This document shows, in pieces, positions 27,851 through 39,536 of a stretch of 64,000 nt of DNA. How positions within the stretch are numbered: position 1 is the stretch's first letter; every line of letters starts with the position of its first letter. The notes beneath the pieces were generated by a model that was not told the origin of the DNA, did not search any database, and worked only from the letters and a program-made list of their open reading frames with translations. The position numbers and the translations under genes are program-made. Source of the DNA: Squalus acanthias (taxonomy: Eukaryota); the NCBI GenBank assembly GCA_030390025.1, contig CM059431.1, positions 111,974,001 to 112,038,000 on the forward strand. The letters run 5' to 3'.

Positions 27851-29889
27851 TTAATGAACCATGCACCAATGCCTCCAATCGTTCATTCTCCTATATTGTG
27901 TCCTGTAGACTTGAGCCATTTATTGTGCATTGTGCCAAACCTATCAGAGTCCCTCGATAGTTGGTTTGCCTGTTTAAAACTTTCTTTCTCCACTTCCATT
28001 AAAAAAAAATATTGTGTGCGTTTGTGCGCCTGTGTATGCGTGTGCCATGTTGGCCACAGTTGCACCTTTTTTGCCTTCTCTGGTTTAGCTAATTTTCAGA
28101 CCACCTCAGAAGCCTCCGACTCTGTGCCTGCCTACTTTGTGGACTAATGGCTTGTGTGGCATCGTTTCAAGAAGGAGAGGAGGAGCGAGGGGGACGCGGG
28201 GCGCGAGGGGGAGGCATTGTCCCTTTTTTTTGAAAGAGTTTATCGGGGTTATTTTAAATCACGTTGAGAGGGGAAAAAGTTTGTGCCTCAGAGTCTGAGA
28301 GATGGAGGGAACGGGAGCAGAAAAAGAGGAAACAACTTCTCCAAAGAGTTTTATTTTATTTTTTGTTGTATGTTTAACGACAGCATTGAAGAGGGAAAGA
28401 GAAACTTGGAGCAACTTCTTCTATCAAAGCTGCAATGAGACTTGAAAGAATTTAAAGATTTTTAATGAACTTTTCACTTAAAATAAACACTCCACCGCCG
28501 CGACCCGCCCCCCCCCCCCCCCCCCCCCCCCCAGTTTCGAATTTGGAAGAAACAAGCAAAAATTAATTTTCCCCTCATCCAAACAAGTTTCAACCAGGTC
28601 TTGAAGTCCAAATGCTTTTAAAGAGGCTCTGAATTGCTTAAAATGTTTTAAAATTGAAATTTCTCAAAATTTGATTTTGAGCGATCGGGTGAAGTGAGTC
28701 GCTTTACACAAACATACAACCATGGTGTTGAGGAGGGGGAGGGGAGGATTTGTCAGAGTTGCATATTACTTTTTATTGACTTAAAAAAAATACATCATTA
28801 AGACGTTTAGGAAGAGAACCAAAAAGGGGAAAAACACGAACCATTTTATTTTGTTTGTCTCTTCTATAGTCCAAACAAGTCCCAGGAATAATGTAAATAT
28901 AGATTTCCTCTTAAACATTTAGTGGAGTGTTACTAGTAACAAGAGTTATGTAATGTATAAAAATTGCAGGAAGCTACTTTAGAAGAAACCTCTATTTGTT
29001 TATTGAGAAAGACACAGATAATGTACAATTTCGATTTGGTATAAATGTTTGAAATAGGAGATTAAAAATTGAGAGTACAATGAAGTCTGTTTCTCGCTAT
29101 TTAATTGTGAATTACCTAAAATAATTCAACACTTTTCGTGATAAGAGCAGGGATTAATATTGTGGAGAATGTTTGAGAGGAAAACATTAGAAGCGAAATT
29201 TGTAAATTAACATCTTTACGTCAACATATTAGTAAACATTTCCAAGTCAATCTGATTGGTTCTCCTGTCCTGGAAGAAAGATGAATGCTTATTTCTGTTC
29301 AATCATAGCTTTTCCTGCTTTTTGTTTTTAATTCGGTGACGCAAATTGTGCATGTGTTTTTCTGCACTAGTGAATAAGTGCCACATTTCTGACATGTTAC
29401 ATGGCGGGGGGTGCTGGTTCAAGAAGATGACGTTTATTAATGGAAGTGATTGAAGTTGAAAATATGGATACCCGTTCTTGTTCAATTCTTTTTAATACTG
29501 TGAACTAAAGAACTACAGCACTTTATATTTGGTTGTCTGGTTGCATTGTGATTAATATTCTAATTACTTATTTGGACGTCCAGCACGTCGGCACCATAGA
29601 AAGCTGCTGCTTGTGTAGCCGTTGCTATAGTGACATGAGGGATGGGCTAACACGTTGAAAACTTTAAAATTAATGCAAATTGCACAAATAGATATGTCTT
29701 TTTCAGCTCACCTTGGACTTTTGGATTGTTTGTCGATGCATAACTGTGTAACTGAGTGACGTTTATTAAGTGTTACTGCATTATTATTCAGTTCTTTTAT
29801 ATCCTAGTCATTTCTGACAAGTAATTAAAAAAAAAAATAGAGTTTGTACATGACGAACTAAAAGCTTTTAATTAATTCAACCATAAACA

Positions 29890-30178
29890 AACTTGCAGAA
29901 TGGGCATGTAAATGACAAATGAATTTATTTCAATATAGATAAGTGTGAGGCGGTGCATTTTGGTAGGAGGGATAAGGAGGCGACCTACTCCTTGGAAAGT
30001 GAGAATCTAAATGGAGTAGAGGAGCAAAGGGATCTAGGGGTATAGCTTCACAAATCATTAAAAGTAGCAACGCAGGTTAAAAAAGCCATAAAAGTGCAAA
30101 TAAAGCACTGGGGTTCATTTTTAGAGGGATAGAATTCAAAAGCAGAGAAGTTATGTTAAACCTGTATCGAACCTTGTC
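29890..30178 (+). mobile_element. CR1 ORF2 fragment
   Basis: FNIDKCEAVHFGR..EQRDLGV..GIEFKSREVMLNLYRTL by manual translation. Confidence 0.8.
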
Positions 30179-30883
30179 TGATTGATTGTCTCATGATTTG
30201 AGATGGTGGGGTGGCAATATGGCATTACTGTATACTGTATATGCTGCAGTAAAAGTTGTTGTTGTTGTTGTTATAAAAGTGGCCCACTGAAGAAAAGGTC
30301 GCGCTCAAAGGAGTTCATGGACCGCTCAGTACAAAAAAATTAGAGGGAACATTGCTGCCTACTTTCACCTCCATAACATTGCCTGCCTCTGCCTGCTCCC
30401 CCGCGCTATGATTGAAGAGCAAGTTGGTCTTTAACTTGTTTCATTGTGCAGCCGTTGCATTATAAAGCAGGAAGAAACAATTGCAAGCAAAATCTTTCCA
30501 TTGCAAAAGAAACTTCTGCCTGGTTCCACAGACGTGCCTTTTGTGGATCAATCTGGATCAGAGTACATAAAAGACCTTTGTACTGTTGCTCATCTCCGAG
30601 GTTTGAATAAACACACCGTTTCATACAACAAAGTGACTAAATGTTGACTGAATTAAAAAAAAACCTGATAACCTTATCAGCGGAGTTTTATATAAATCAA
30701 CTTTCCTTCAACTTAATTCTGGAACTATGCATTTAATTTTAGGACATAATCGGTATACTGATTGGTACAGAGTATATTGGTGTTAATAGCAGATCACAGC
30801 TAAAGAAGAGTCTTTGCAACCTTTAATTGTACCTTTTTTTCAGACTTTTCCACATATCCTGGGTGATTCCAAATCAAGATACC

Positions 30884-31687
30884 GGGGGGGAATTTTGCCA
30901 GCTCTATGGAGGCGGGACTGCTGGGAAAATGGCAGAAACTGGGAGCGGGTGCCAAACCCGCTCCCAACCCGCCTCCGTGCCATCTTCCCGACTCGCGCAG
31001 GGACCCGTCTCCTCGAGGCGGGAAGGGCATTAGAGCCAATTAACTGCCTGTTAACGGACAGTTTTGAGGCTTTTCCCCATTTTACCCCTGCAAGTGCGGG
31101 CTTCCCGATGTCAGGAAACCTTGCCAGGGTCAGCGAGGCAAGCAATGGCTCTGCGGGGGTGAGGGGTCGAAAAGTGCGCAGTGAAGGTGAGTGATGGGTG
31201 CAAGTGTGGAGAGGTAAGTATGAGAGGTGAGTGTAAAGTGTTGGAAAAAGTTTCCTTACCTTTGCTTCTTCCTGCAGGCTTCAACCCTTGGGGATCCGGA
31301 GGTGCCGCATCTCAACCGCAGATGACAATGGCTGCTGCATTCTCATATTCAGCAGCCATCTGATTTCTGCTGAGGAAAGAGGTTTTGGTGAGCCTTCGGT
31401 ACAAGGGCTCACCATAGAACAGAGATTGTCAGTGTTTGACAGCTTCTCTAAGCTGTCAAACGCTGACAATTCATCTGTCAAAAATATTTTGCCAGATGAA
31501 ACGTCATTCGCTGACGTTCTCCATCACCAGCTTTCCCTTAATTGGCCTGCTAAACCCGCAGGGCGGGCTTAACAAGGTCAATCAAGGGAAAATAGCGTGG
31601 GTTGGCCAGACGTCGTTAGGGGCGGGACTGAAACCCGACAACCAGCAGTCCCGTCCCCAATGCGCCCCCATTGACACAATCCAGCCC
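30884..31687. mobile_element. GC/CpG-rich TIR element (Harbinger-like)
   Basis: Imperfect termini GGGGGGAATTTTGCCA and reverse-complemented GGGCTGGATTGTGTCA (11/16). ACC flanks both sides as a possible 3-bp TSD. Confidence 0.5.
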
Positions 31688-32579
31688 ACCGAATCCGATT
31701 GTATACTGTGTATAATTCCTCTGCACCACACTTACTACTTCTGCTGTCAACCGCTGAGAATTGTGTGCCTGCCTTCATTGTCATGGTGTATGAATCTGTG
31801 TGATTGTTTTTTTTTCTTATCTTCGTCCTCTTCCCTTGGAGAATAGCATGGAGTCGTAGAAGGATTTGCAGTCTGACAGGCTGTGACCCGAACTCTCCTT
31901 CTATATACCAGCCGTTAGGGTGGAAAGTGCTATACAAAGATAGCGTTTTACGGGCTTCCACAGCCCATACGGTGAGGGCAGGGTGCCCACACCCACCGGC
32001 TGTGGGTAGCCCACTGGACGTCAACCCATAATTCGGAGCCGGAGCTGTCTGGAGCAGGGTTTGAACCCTGCACCTTCTGAGTCAGAGGCAGGAATGTTAC
32101 CACGAAGCCAAAGGCTTGCTCTTGTCTCTGTGTGGCATGATGCAGAAACAAATGGTCAACGAAAGTTCCATTTATGTTCCTTGATCTGAGCTTAGCTAGG
32201 TGCCCATTGACAGTTGGCAGTGCTATGGTCAGCCTTGCCATCCCCAGGACTGGGAAGACGTGTGCCTTAGATGCTGGGGCAGCACCTGTGCCCAACAATT
32301 CCTCTCCTAATTACCATCCAATGAAAATACCCTTCCAGCTTTACATTTCTTGCACATTGTAGCAACTTGCCTGTCCAGCAACAAGCATTTTAGCCATTAT
32401 TGACCACATTGGTCAAGTTTTACAATAAAGAATGCTTGGATGCTGAAAATGCATCCAATTTTTTTTTCCTAATTTGTGCTTGGAACTCTTGAAAATTCGT
32501 TTAATATATTACGGGAATTGACCATTTTTCCAAGTCACTGGATCAATACCACTACATATAGAAAACTTTACAGTTTCAG

Positions 32580-32870
32580 AAGGTGTTGGGTTCAATCTGT
32601 GCTCAGTTAGCTGATCTTATTGGCAAGAAAGGTGCTATAATTCACGTCACCCTCTCTACTCCTGTGTTCCTACTTCTGACCGCTGTCAATTAATGCTGGG
32701 TGAGGGGACGATTGGGCATGATTGCGATGGCTCCTATAGTTCAATAGACTGCTCGCAATTTCCACTCTTCATTTAAAGAGGTACTGAAGGGCCACCAGTG
32801 CTTGGAGAACTGTGCCACAGCATCAGTTGGTCCTTTCAGGGATTAAAATTAAAAGATGGAAAAAATTACT
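32580..32870 (+). repeat. Old, highly diverged interspersed repeat (probable SINE)
   Basis: Shares TGTGCT.AGTTAGCTGATCT-like and ..AATAG.CTG.. blocks with about 10030-10250, 40745-41100 (+) and 17680-17990, 56080-56295, 56700-56950 (-). Seen by eye only. Confidence 0.4.
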
Positions 32871-32891
32871 CCACTGCCATGGATCAAAATA

Positions 32892-33195
32892 TGATGTGCA
32901 GATGCCGGTGTTGGACTGGGGTGGACAAATGTGAGAAGTCGCACAACACCAGGTTATAGTCCAACAGCTTTATTTGAAATCACAAGCTTTTGGAGCGCTG
33001 CTCCTTCGTCAGGTGAAGTGAAGAAATGTATATCGGCGCAGCATATATAGTCAGAGAATATATAGTTCTCTGACTATATATGCTGTGCCGATACACATTT
33101 CTTCATTTCACCTGACGAAGGAGCAGCGCTCCGAAAGCTTGTGATTTCAAATAAAACTTGGGACTATAACCTGGTGTTGTGCGACTTCTCACATT
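32892..33195. mobile_element. Short fold-back Penelope-derived element (second family, non-coding)
   Basis: Inverted arms at about 32928-33058 and 33066-33195, with a 36-nt tail at 32892-32927. The 10-bp TSD GATCAAAATA lies at 32882-32891 and 33196-33205. Hammerhead motif in the arms. Confidence 0.82.
33108..33144 (+). ncRNA. Minimal hammerhead ribozyme motif
   Basis: UCAC-CUGACGA-A-GGAGC agc GCUCC-GAAAG-CUU-GUGA. The mirror copy in the left arm has GAAA changed to AAAA. Confidence 0.72.
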
Positions 33196-34183
33196 GATCA
33201 AAATAGTTGCAAAAGATCCAATTTTTAAAAATAAAAATGTTGCCTCCTTCAAATCTTGCTTTCCTGGCGTTATGTACAAAATTTGAGCGCTTGAAGGTGT
33301 GTGTAGACACTGATCTGGATTAATGTGTACCATTGCGTAACAAATAAACTGGTTTGGTGTTGCTTCTTTGCGTATGTATGTAGGGAAAGTAAGCTTTGAG
33401 TATTATGTTTTCTTTTGCCTAGCAAAGTGTTTAATCATTGTTTCTGCTACCTTAGATCAATGTGTATTACTGGGATCACAATAGGATTTAACCAGTAGCC
33501 ATCTCCCTAACCATCTACCTGAGGGGAGAAATTGAGCAGATTAGGTTTTGCTTTAATTCTCCGACTGTCTGGCTCCAGTGCGAGAGATTTTCTTTTGGTA
33601 TGCACATAAAATCAGCAAGTCTTTCTCTTTATTTTCTCCCCCCCCCCCCCCCCTTTGGTTTATTAGTAGGAGATTCTGGAGCCTGATTGTAAGAACCAGG
33701 CATATGTCATCAATATCTGGTATTCTTGTAAAGTGGGGATTTGTGGTCTTTGGTCCAATGCAGAAAATATTGTTTTGGTAATGGGCCAGACTAATTTTTC
33801 CCAATTGTGCAGCCAAGTTCAAACAACGAATATTTATGCATTATTGTACGCAGGTTAAATAGCTATATTACCTAACTTCCTCTATTGGCATGCATCCCCA
33901 AATAGAGTCTCTGTATTGGTCTCTTCCTCCTCCACATTCCAGGGGGCAAAATGTTGGTCTCTTGTATATCACAAAACACACATTTATGATTTTTAAACTG
34001 TAATTTCAATTACATGCCATGAAGCGTACAGTTAACAAAATGCTTCATGACTGCAAGAAACATGTCTGTACAATTTTCCCGAGCCAAGTTTTTGAGAGGA
34101 AAATACTGGTGCACATACCCAGATTTATCAGGGTAATTAAGCTAATGAGAGAGCAAAAAAAAGGGTGTTTCCATTAATGTTAG

Positions 34184-34410
34184 ACAAAAATGAGAAGTCG
34201 CACAACACCAGGTTATAGTCCAACAGTTTTATTTGAAATTACGAGCTTTCGGAGCTCTGCTCCTTCTTCAGGTATAGGTATACTGTACCTGTACCTGAAG
34301 AAGGAGCAGAGCTCCGAAAGCTCGTAATTTCAAATAAAACTGTTGGACTATAACCTGGTGTTGTGCGACTTCTCATTTTTGTCCACCCCAGTCCAACACC
34401 GGCATCTCTG
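34184..34410. mobile_element. Short fold-back Penelope-derived element (same family as 32892-33195, tail on the opposite side)
   Basis: 100-bp arms at 34183-34282 and 34284-34383 around a single central base. Tail at 34384-34410. The 12-bp TSD CATTAATGTTAG lies at 34172-34183 and 34411-34422 (edges ambiguous by 1-3 nt). Confidence 0.85.
34292..34326 (+). ncRNA. Minimal hammerhead ribozyme motif (a mirror copy lies on the - strand in the left arm)
   Basis: UAC-CUGAAGA-A-GGAGC aga GCUCC-GAAAG-CUC-GUA. Confidence 0.7.
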
Positions 34411-35884
34411 CATTAATGTTAGGGCACTGCAAGCACCTTTAGTTTCCTGTAAATCCAACAGCTTGAGCTTAATTCTGGGACGCTAGACAGCACAATATCA
34501 GAAAGACGATCCTTACTCCCATCCATCATTTTAGAGCCACAGCATTTTTAAAAACCCCTGACTAATTTTGTTTGGATTTGCTATTGTGCATCCTGTATTC
34601 ACTGCAGCCTTTCACAGAGCAGCGGTATCTGTAGAATACTGTTAGTTTATAATTACCCTTGTAAAACCAGTTGTGGTAACTCCTTCACAACGTGTCCTTG
34701 AATATTTCCACAACTGTCTCCATGGCTTCCACTCAACTGATATGACCAAATCAATGTTGGATTGCCTGATGACCTGCTTATTGGTTACTGTCGAATGACA
34801 TGGAGAGCATCCACGAAAGTTTTTTAAACAGCGAGACGTCTGGCCACACAGTTCTTATCTCGTCCTGCACTAAATGCTCTACTGTTTCTGTTTAGCATTA
34901 AGTTGCCTATCTGACGCTGAACGGAAACAGTAGAGCTCCCTTTTCATTCACCGTGTTGGTATGCACCTGATAATCTACAAGAATTTTGTTCACATTGCCT
35001 GTTTGTCCACTTGGATAATCACACTGCATAGCCTTGTAATGTAGCTGGTACATTACCAGATTTGTCTTGTAATTGCTGGTAGGTCCTGTCAGATTTGTTC
35101 TAATGCAAAGCTTCTGTCATTCATAAAACGGTGCATCCATTATAGAGTCATTTTTCAACAATCTTTGGAACTATTTTTATTCTGCACAGTTTGCTGTACT
35201 TTTGTCTTTTATGTTTCCTCGACAAACTGCTTTATCTCGTGCTCAGTTTCTGGGTGGACTCCATGCTTGCACTCATGAAATGTTTTCCATTGTAAAGGTG
35301 GCCCAGCCAATTCATCTTGCCCCCCTTTTTCCCCAATTGCAATGGCACAATTGTGTTTCTTTTCTGTGCCATTTGTGGCCTCCTGCTATTGCTTCTCATT
35401 TCCATCTATGTTACTGTAACCTATCTTGATGTTTTGCCACCTAAATCGACACTTGTAGATAATGTCAGTGTTGCTACATAGACATGAAACTACAGTAAGC
35501 CCCATTCAGAGGCTAGTCCTCCACCTCAAACAAGGTTTCCCCTCCCTTCAAATTGTTTTAATGCTTGCTAGTATAGCTACCAAAATCAAACGTCTAAACA
35601 AAGTTCTCTGCTAGGAAACAGGTTTGCTTCCATCCCCAATGTATGATCTCATCACTTTGTTAATATTTCATCAAAATCCAGGAAAATCTAATTACTTTGG
35701 AAATATCTGCAATGTGAAGTGATGCTTGATGTTGGCCCATGTTTGGCCTGGTTTCAGTTAATTGTATATGAACGTTTGGTTGTGCATGCTGAAAAAGATC
35801 AGTATTGTTTATTATAACCATGCAATATTATGATTTTTTATAATATGGATGAGTAACTACACTTTTTTTCCCCCCTCTTTCCAG

Positions 35885-35954
35885 ACTAGTTAACAAGATA
35901 AAACCAGGTGTCAGTAAAAAGATCAACCGCCTGTCCACACCAATAGCTGGTCTG
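35885..35954 (+). CDS. LMO7: Internal coding exon (70 nt, phase 2 to 0) of an LMO7-like gene, calponin-homology domain
   Basis: Long pyrimidine tract and CAG acceptor, with a consensus GTAAGT donor at 35955. Translates (E)LVNKIKPGVSKKINRLSTPIAGL. NK.KPGV and RLSTPIAGL fit LMO7 better than LIMCH1 (NAIKPGL/RLPTPIAGL, from memory). Confidence 0.92.
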
Positions 35955-37879
35955 GTAAGTTAGTGTTCTAAAAATAATTTATAGTACTTGTCTGGTAAAT
36001 CATATAGTAACCTTATTTTTTAAAGTTTCTGTTTTCTAGTACATCCTTTCTTTCAAAGTTCGAGATTAGCAAAAAGTCTTCTCTTTCCCCGCTCCCCCAC
36101 CCTCTGAGTGTCAGGATAGTAAACACATAGAGCAAACTCCCAGAGATGGTTGTTGAATTTGGGGAGCGATTGACACCTTCAAAAGGGAGCTAAGTAGATA
36201 GCTATTGAGAAAAGGAATCGAGGCTTATACTGATCTAGCCTGGGGAACAGCATGTGGGGAGATGAGGAATTTACTATTATCTGATCAAATAGTGGTGGTA
36301 AAGGTGCGTGATTGAATAATACATGGACTCTAGATGGACTGGACTTGAAGGGCCAAATGGCATTTTCCTGTTCCAGATTTTATATTTTCTTGTCCCTAAT
36401 TATATTACAACAGTGACTGCACTCCAGAAAGTGCTTCATTGGCTGTAAAGCGCTTTGGGACTTCCGGTGGTCGTGAAGGCGCTATATAAATGCAAGTCTT
36501 TCTTTTCTAATTTCAAGATAAATTACCTGGTATTGCCAAGCCACCTTTCGAGAGATGAGTCAGAATAGTTGTATACCATTTTTCATCATAATGTGTTTGT
36601 GTCTCCTTTTGCAATAAAACCGTACCTTTTCTTTTTTAAAAAAAAAGCAAGCCGGGTAGTTGGTTTTCATTCCAGATTTTCGTGGCTTGGTGGTGAAAAA
36701 TCTTGTAAATGCTTTGTGGAAAATGCTGTGCAAAAGGTGATGGTTGGAGGAAGGGGTTAATAAACTCTCATTCCCTACACTATACATTGCATGTAATAGC
36801 TTCTGTAAGCTTACTACTTCACAAAAGTTTTGTTTTAATATTATCACATTTTAATACAAAGATCGGAGCATGCAAATTCTCATTCAGTTCATGGTTGGAC
36901 GCCAATTCATTTATAAATAAATGTGGCAGCAACTCCGGACTTTTCACATGCCTGTGGAGAGAGGCTAGAAGCTGTTTGGAACAACGGCTCATAGTTTCCT
37001 GATTTTTTTTTTCTTGAGGTGTTTGCTATTTTAAGCTTGCTCTTGAATATAGTAATTAATATAATAAGTGCATGGCTGCTGTTAGCTTAAAGATGTTGTT
37101 GTAGAAAATTGCTTTTAGCTCTAGGCAAGGACAAGTATTTGTGAACTTAATAGTGATGGGGCCCAATCTTTCTTCTGGCCATGTTTCCATTCGTATTCTA
37201 AATTCTTGTCTAATGTGGTTGCAGAGTTTCAGCAGAGGTCATTGCCCCCTCTTTCCATTCATTATCTCACCATTTTGCGAGACGCTGGCCCGTAATTTCC
37301 GATCGGAGGCTTCCTGCGTGCGGATGCCTCCTATCGGAAAAAATCTACGCTCTTACCTGAGGGCTCCCGAGGTCCGGACACTTCCACTCCTGGGCGCCTC
37401 CACAGTCGAAATGCGCAGGGCCCACGCATCCCAGGGGCGCAGGCGGTTCGCAAGCGTCCCTGGGATCACGTGGGCCAGGCGAGCCAATAGGAGAAGGGAA
37501 TCTCCCTTCATACTTTTGACCGATAGACCTGTCAAATGTATGAAGGGAGATCACCCCCAAAAACACAGTAAAACATGAAATAATTTTTTTTAAAAACCAT
37601 CATTTTTAAAATGAGTTAAAATTACATAAAATTAAATTTTTGTTTAAAATATTTAATTTATTGAAAAAAATAAAGTTTTTTACGGGGCTAAAAATAAACT
37701 TACCTTTTTTAAAAGTATTTTTAAATTATAAATGAGTGAAATTTTTTTTAAACTCTTATGTTGGTAAAAGCAGGCCTTATACGATAGCAAAATACTGCAG
37801 ATGCTGGAAATCCGAAATAACAACAGAAAACGCTGGAAAAACTCAGCAGGCCAGGCAGCATCCGTGGAGAGAGAAAGAG

Positions 37880-37916
37880 AGTTGACGTTTCAGGTCGATG
37901 ACCTTTCATCAGAACT
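37880..37916 (-). ncRNA. Hammerhead motif, mirror copy in the left arm
   Basis: Exact reverse complement of 39813-39849. Confidence 0.8.
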
Positions 37917-38192
37917 GGGAAGAGCTGGAAATCAAATAGATTTAAGGCCAGGGTAAAGCTGGGAAAAGGGGGAGGGGATAAAGGAACAAAGGAGGAGATG
38001 AAGAGACATTAAGAGACATTAAGAGATATGCAAGGCTAGAGGTGGTGTTAATGTGACAGATTAAGGCTGAATGAAGTGTGAAATCTACTGGCAGAATGAA
38101 GGACAGCTGCCAGCTTCTAGGAGGAAAAAAAAGGTGGGGGGGACAAATAAAAGGGTGGATAAAATAAAATATAAATGTGATTGGAGCTGAGG

Positions 38193-38566
38193 TTATGATC
38201 TAAAATTGTTGAACTCGATATTGAGTCCAGAGGGCTGTAGCGTGCCTAAACGAAAGATGAGGTGCTGTTCCTCGAGCTTACGCTGAGCTTCCGTGGAACA
38301 GTGTATTAGGCCGAGGACGGTGAGGTCAGAGTGGGAGTGAAGCGGTGAATTAAAGTGACAGGCCACCGGGAGCTCGGGGTCCCCCTTACGGACTGAACGG
38401 AGGTGTTCCGCAAAGCGGTCACCCAATCTGCGTTTGGTCTCCCCAATGTAGAGGAGTCCACATCGTGAGCAGCGAATACAGTATACTAAATTGCAGGAAG
38501 TACAAGTAAATCGCTGTTTCACCTGGAAGGGGTGTTTGGGGCCCTGGACAGTGGGAAGAGGGGAGG
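38193..38566 (-). pseudogene. Mirror copy of the Penelope GIY-YIG domain in the inverted arm
   Basis: The ORF 38193-38522 (-) translates identically to the C-terminal domain of the + strand ORF. Confidence 0.9.
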
Positions 38567-38567
38567 G

Positions 38568-39536
38568 TCCATCTCCGACTCTTCTCTTCCCTTCCTCGAC
38601 TTCTCCATCTCCATCTCTGGGGATAGGTTATTGACTAACATTCACTACAAGCCCACCGACTCCCACAGCTACCTGGACTACACTTCCTCCCACCCCGCCT
38701 CCTGTAAGGACTCTATTCCATTCTCCCAGTTTCTCCGTCTCCGCCGCATCTGCTCTGATGATGCCACCTTCCATACCAGTGCTTCCGACATGTCTTCCTT
38801 TTTCCTCAACCGAGGATTCCCCTCTACCGTGGTCGACACGGCCCTCGACCGTGTCCGTTCTATCTCCCGCACATCTGCCCTCACCCCTGCCCCTCCCTCC
38901 CGGAACCACGATAGGGTTCCCCTTGTCCTCACCTTTCACCCCACCAGCCTCCACATTCAACGGATCATCCTCCGCCATTTCCGCCACCTCCAGCGTGATC
39001 CCACCACCAAACACATCTTCCCCTCACCTCCCCTTTCAGCATTCCGCAGGGACCGCTCCCTCCGCGACACCCTAGTCCACTCCTCTACCACCCCCAGCAC
39101 CCCTTCCCCTTCGCCCGGCACCTTCCCGTGCACGCGCAGGAGATGCAACACATGCCAAAATACCTCCCCTCTTCCCACTGTCCAGGGCCCCAAACACCCC
39201 TTCCAGGTGAAACAGCGATTTACTTGTACTTCCTGCAATTTAGTATACTGTATTCGCTGCTCACGATGTGGACTCCTCTACATTGGGGAGACCAAACGCA
39301 GATTGGGTGACCGCTTTGCGGAACACCTCCGTTCAGTCCGTAAGGGGGACCCCGAGCTCCCGGTGGCCTGTCACTTTAATTCACCGCTTCACTCCCACTC
39401 TGACCTCACCGTCCTCGGCCTAATACACTGTTCCACGGAAGCTCAGCGTAAGCTCGAGGAACAGCACCTCATCTTTCGTTTAGGCACGCTACAGCCCTCT
39501 GGACTCAATATCGAGTTCAACAATTTTAGATCATAA
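38568..39536 (+). CDS. Truncated Penelope ORF: RT C-terminus/thumb, Cys linker and GIY-YIG endonuclease (no start codon)
   Basis: Uninterrupted 322 codons: SISDSSLPFLD.., HYKPTDSHSYL..SSHP, CTRRRCNTC linker, NLVYCIRCSRCGLLYIGETKRRLGDRFAEH..PVACHF..EQHLIFRLGTLQPSGLN. The RT catalytic core upstream is missing. Confidence 0.88.
   Translation, partial: SISDSSLPFLDFSISISGDRLLTNIHYKPTDSHSYLDYTSSHPASCKDSIPFSQFLRLRRICSDDATFHTSASDMSSFFLNRGFPSTVVDTALDRVRSISRTSALTPAPPSRNHDRVPLVLTFHPTSLHIQRIILRHFRHLQRDPTTKHIFPSPPLSAFRRDRSLRDTLVHSSTTPSTPSPSPGTFPCTRRRCNTCQNTSPLPTVQGPKHPFQVKQRFTCTSCNLVYCIRCSRCGLLYIGETKRRLGDRFAEHLRSVRKGDPELPVACHFNSPLHSHSDLTVLGLIHCSTEAQRKLEEQHLIFRLGTLQPSGLNIEFNNFRS

Noticed and set aside
32979..33016. 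Active hammerhead in the left arm of the 32892 element
   Set aside because: The conserved GAAA box reads AAAA on the - strand (likely CpG decay), removing a catalytic G.
38532..38567. Start of the 334-aa ORF as called by the track
   Set aside because: The first 12 codons come from the inverted arm across the junction and the start is a GTG. The true element frame begins truncated at 38568, so this is not a complete gene.
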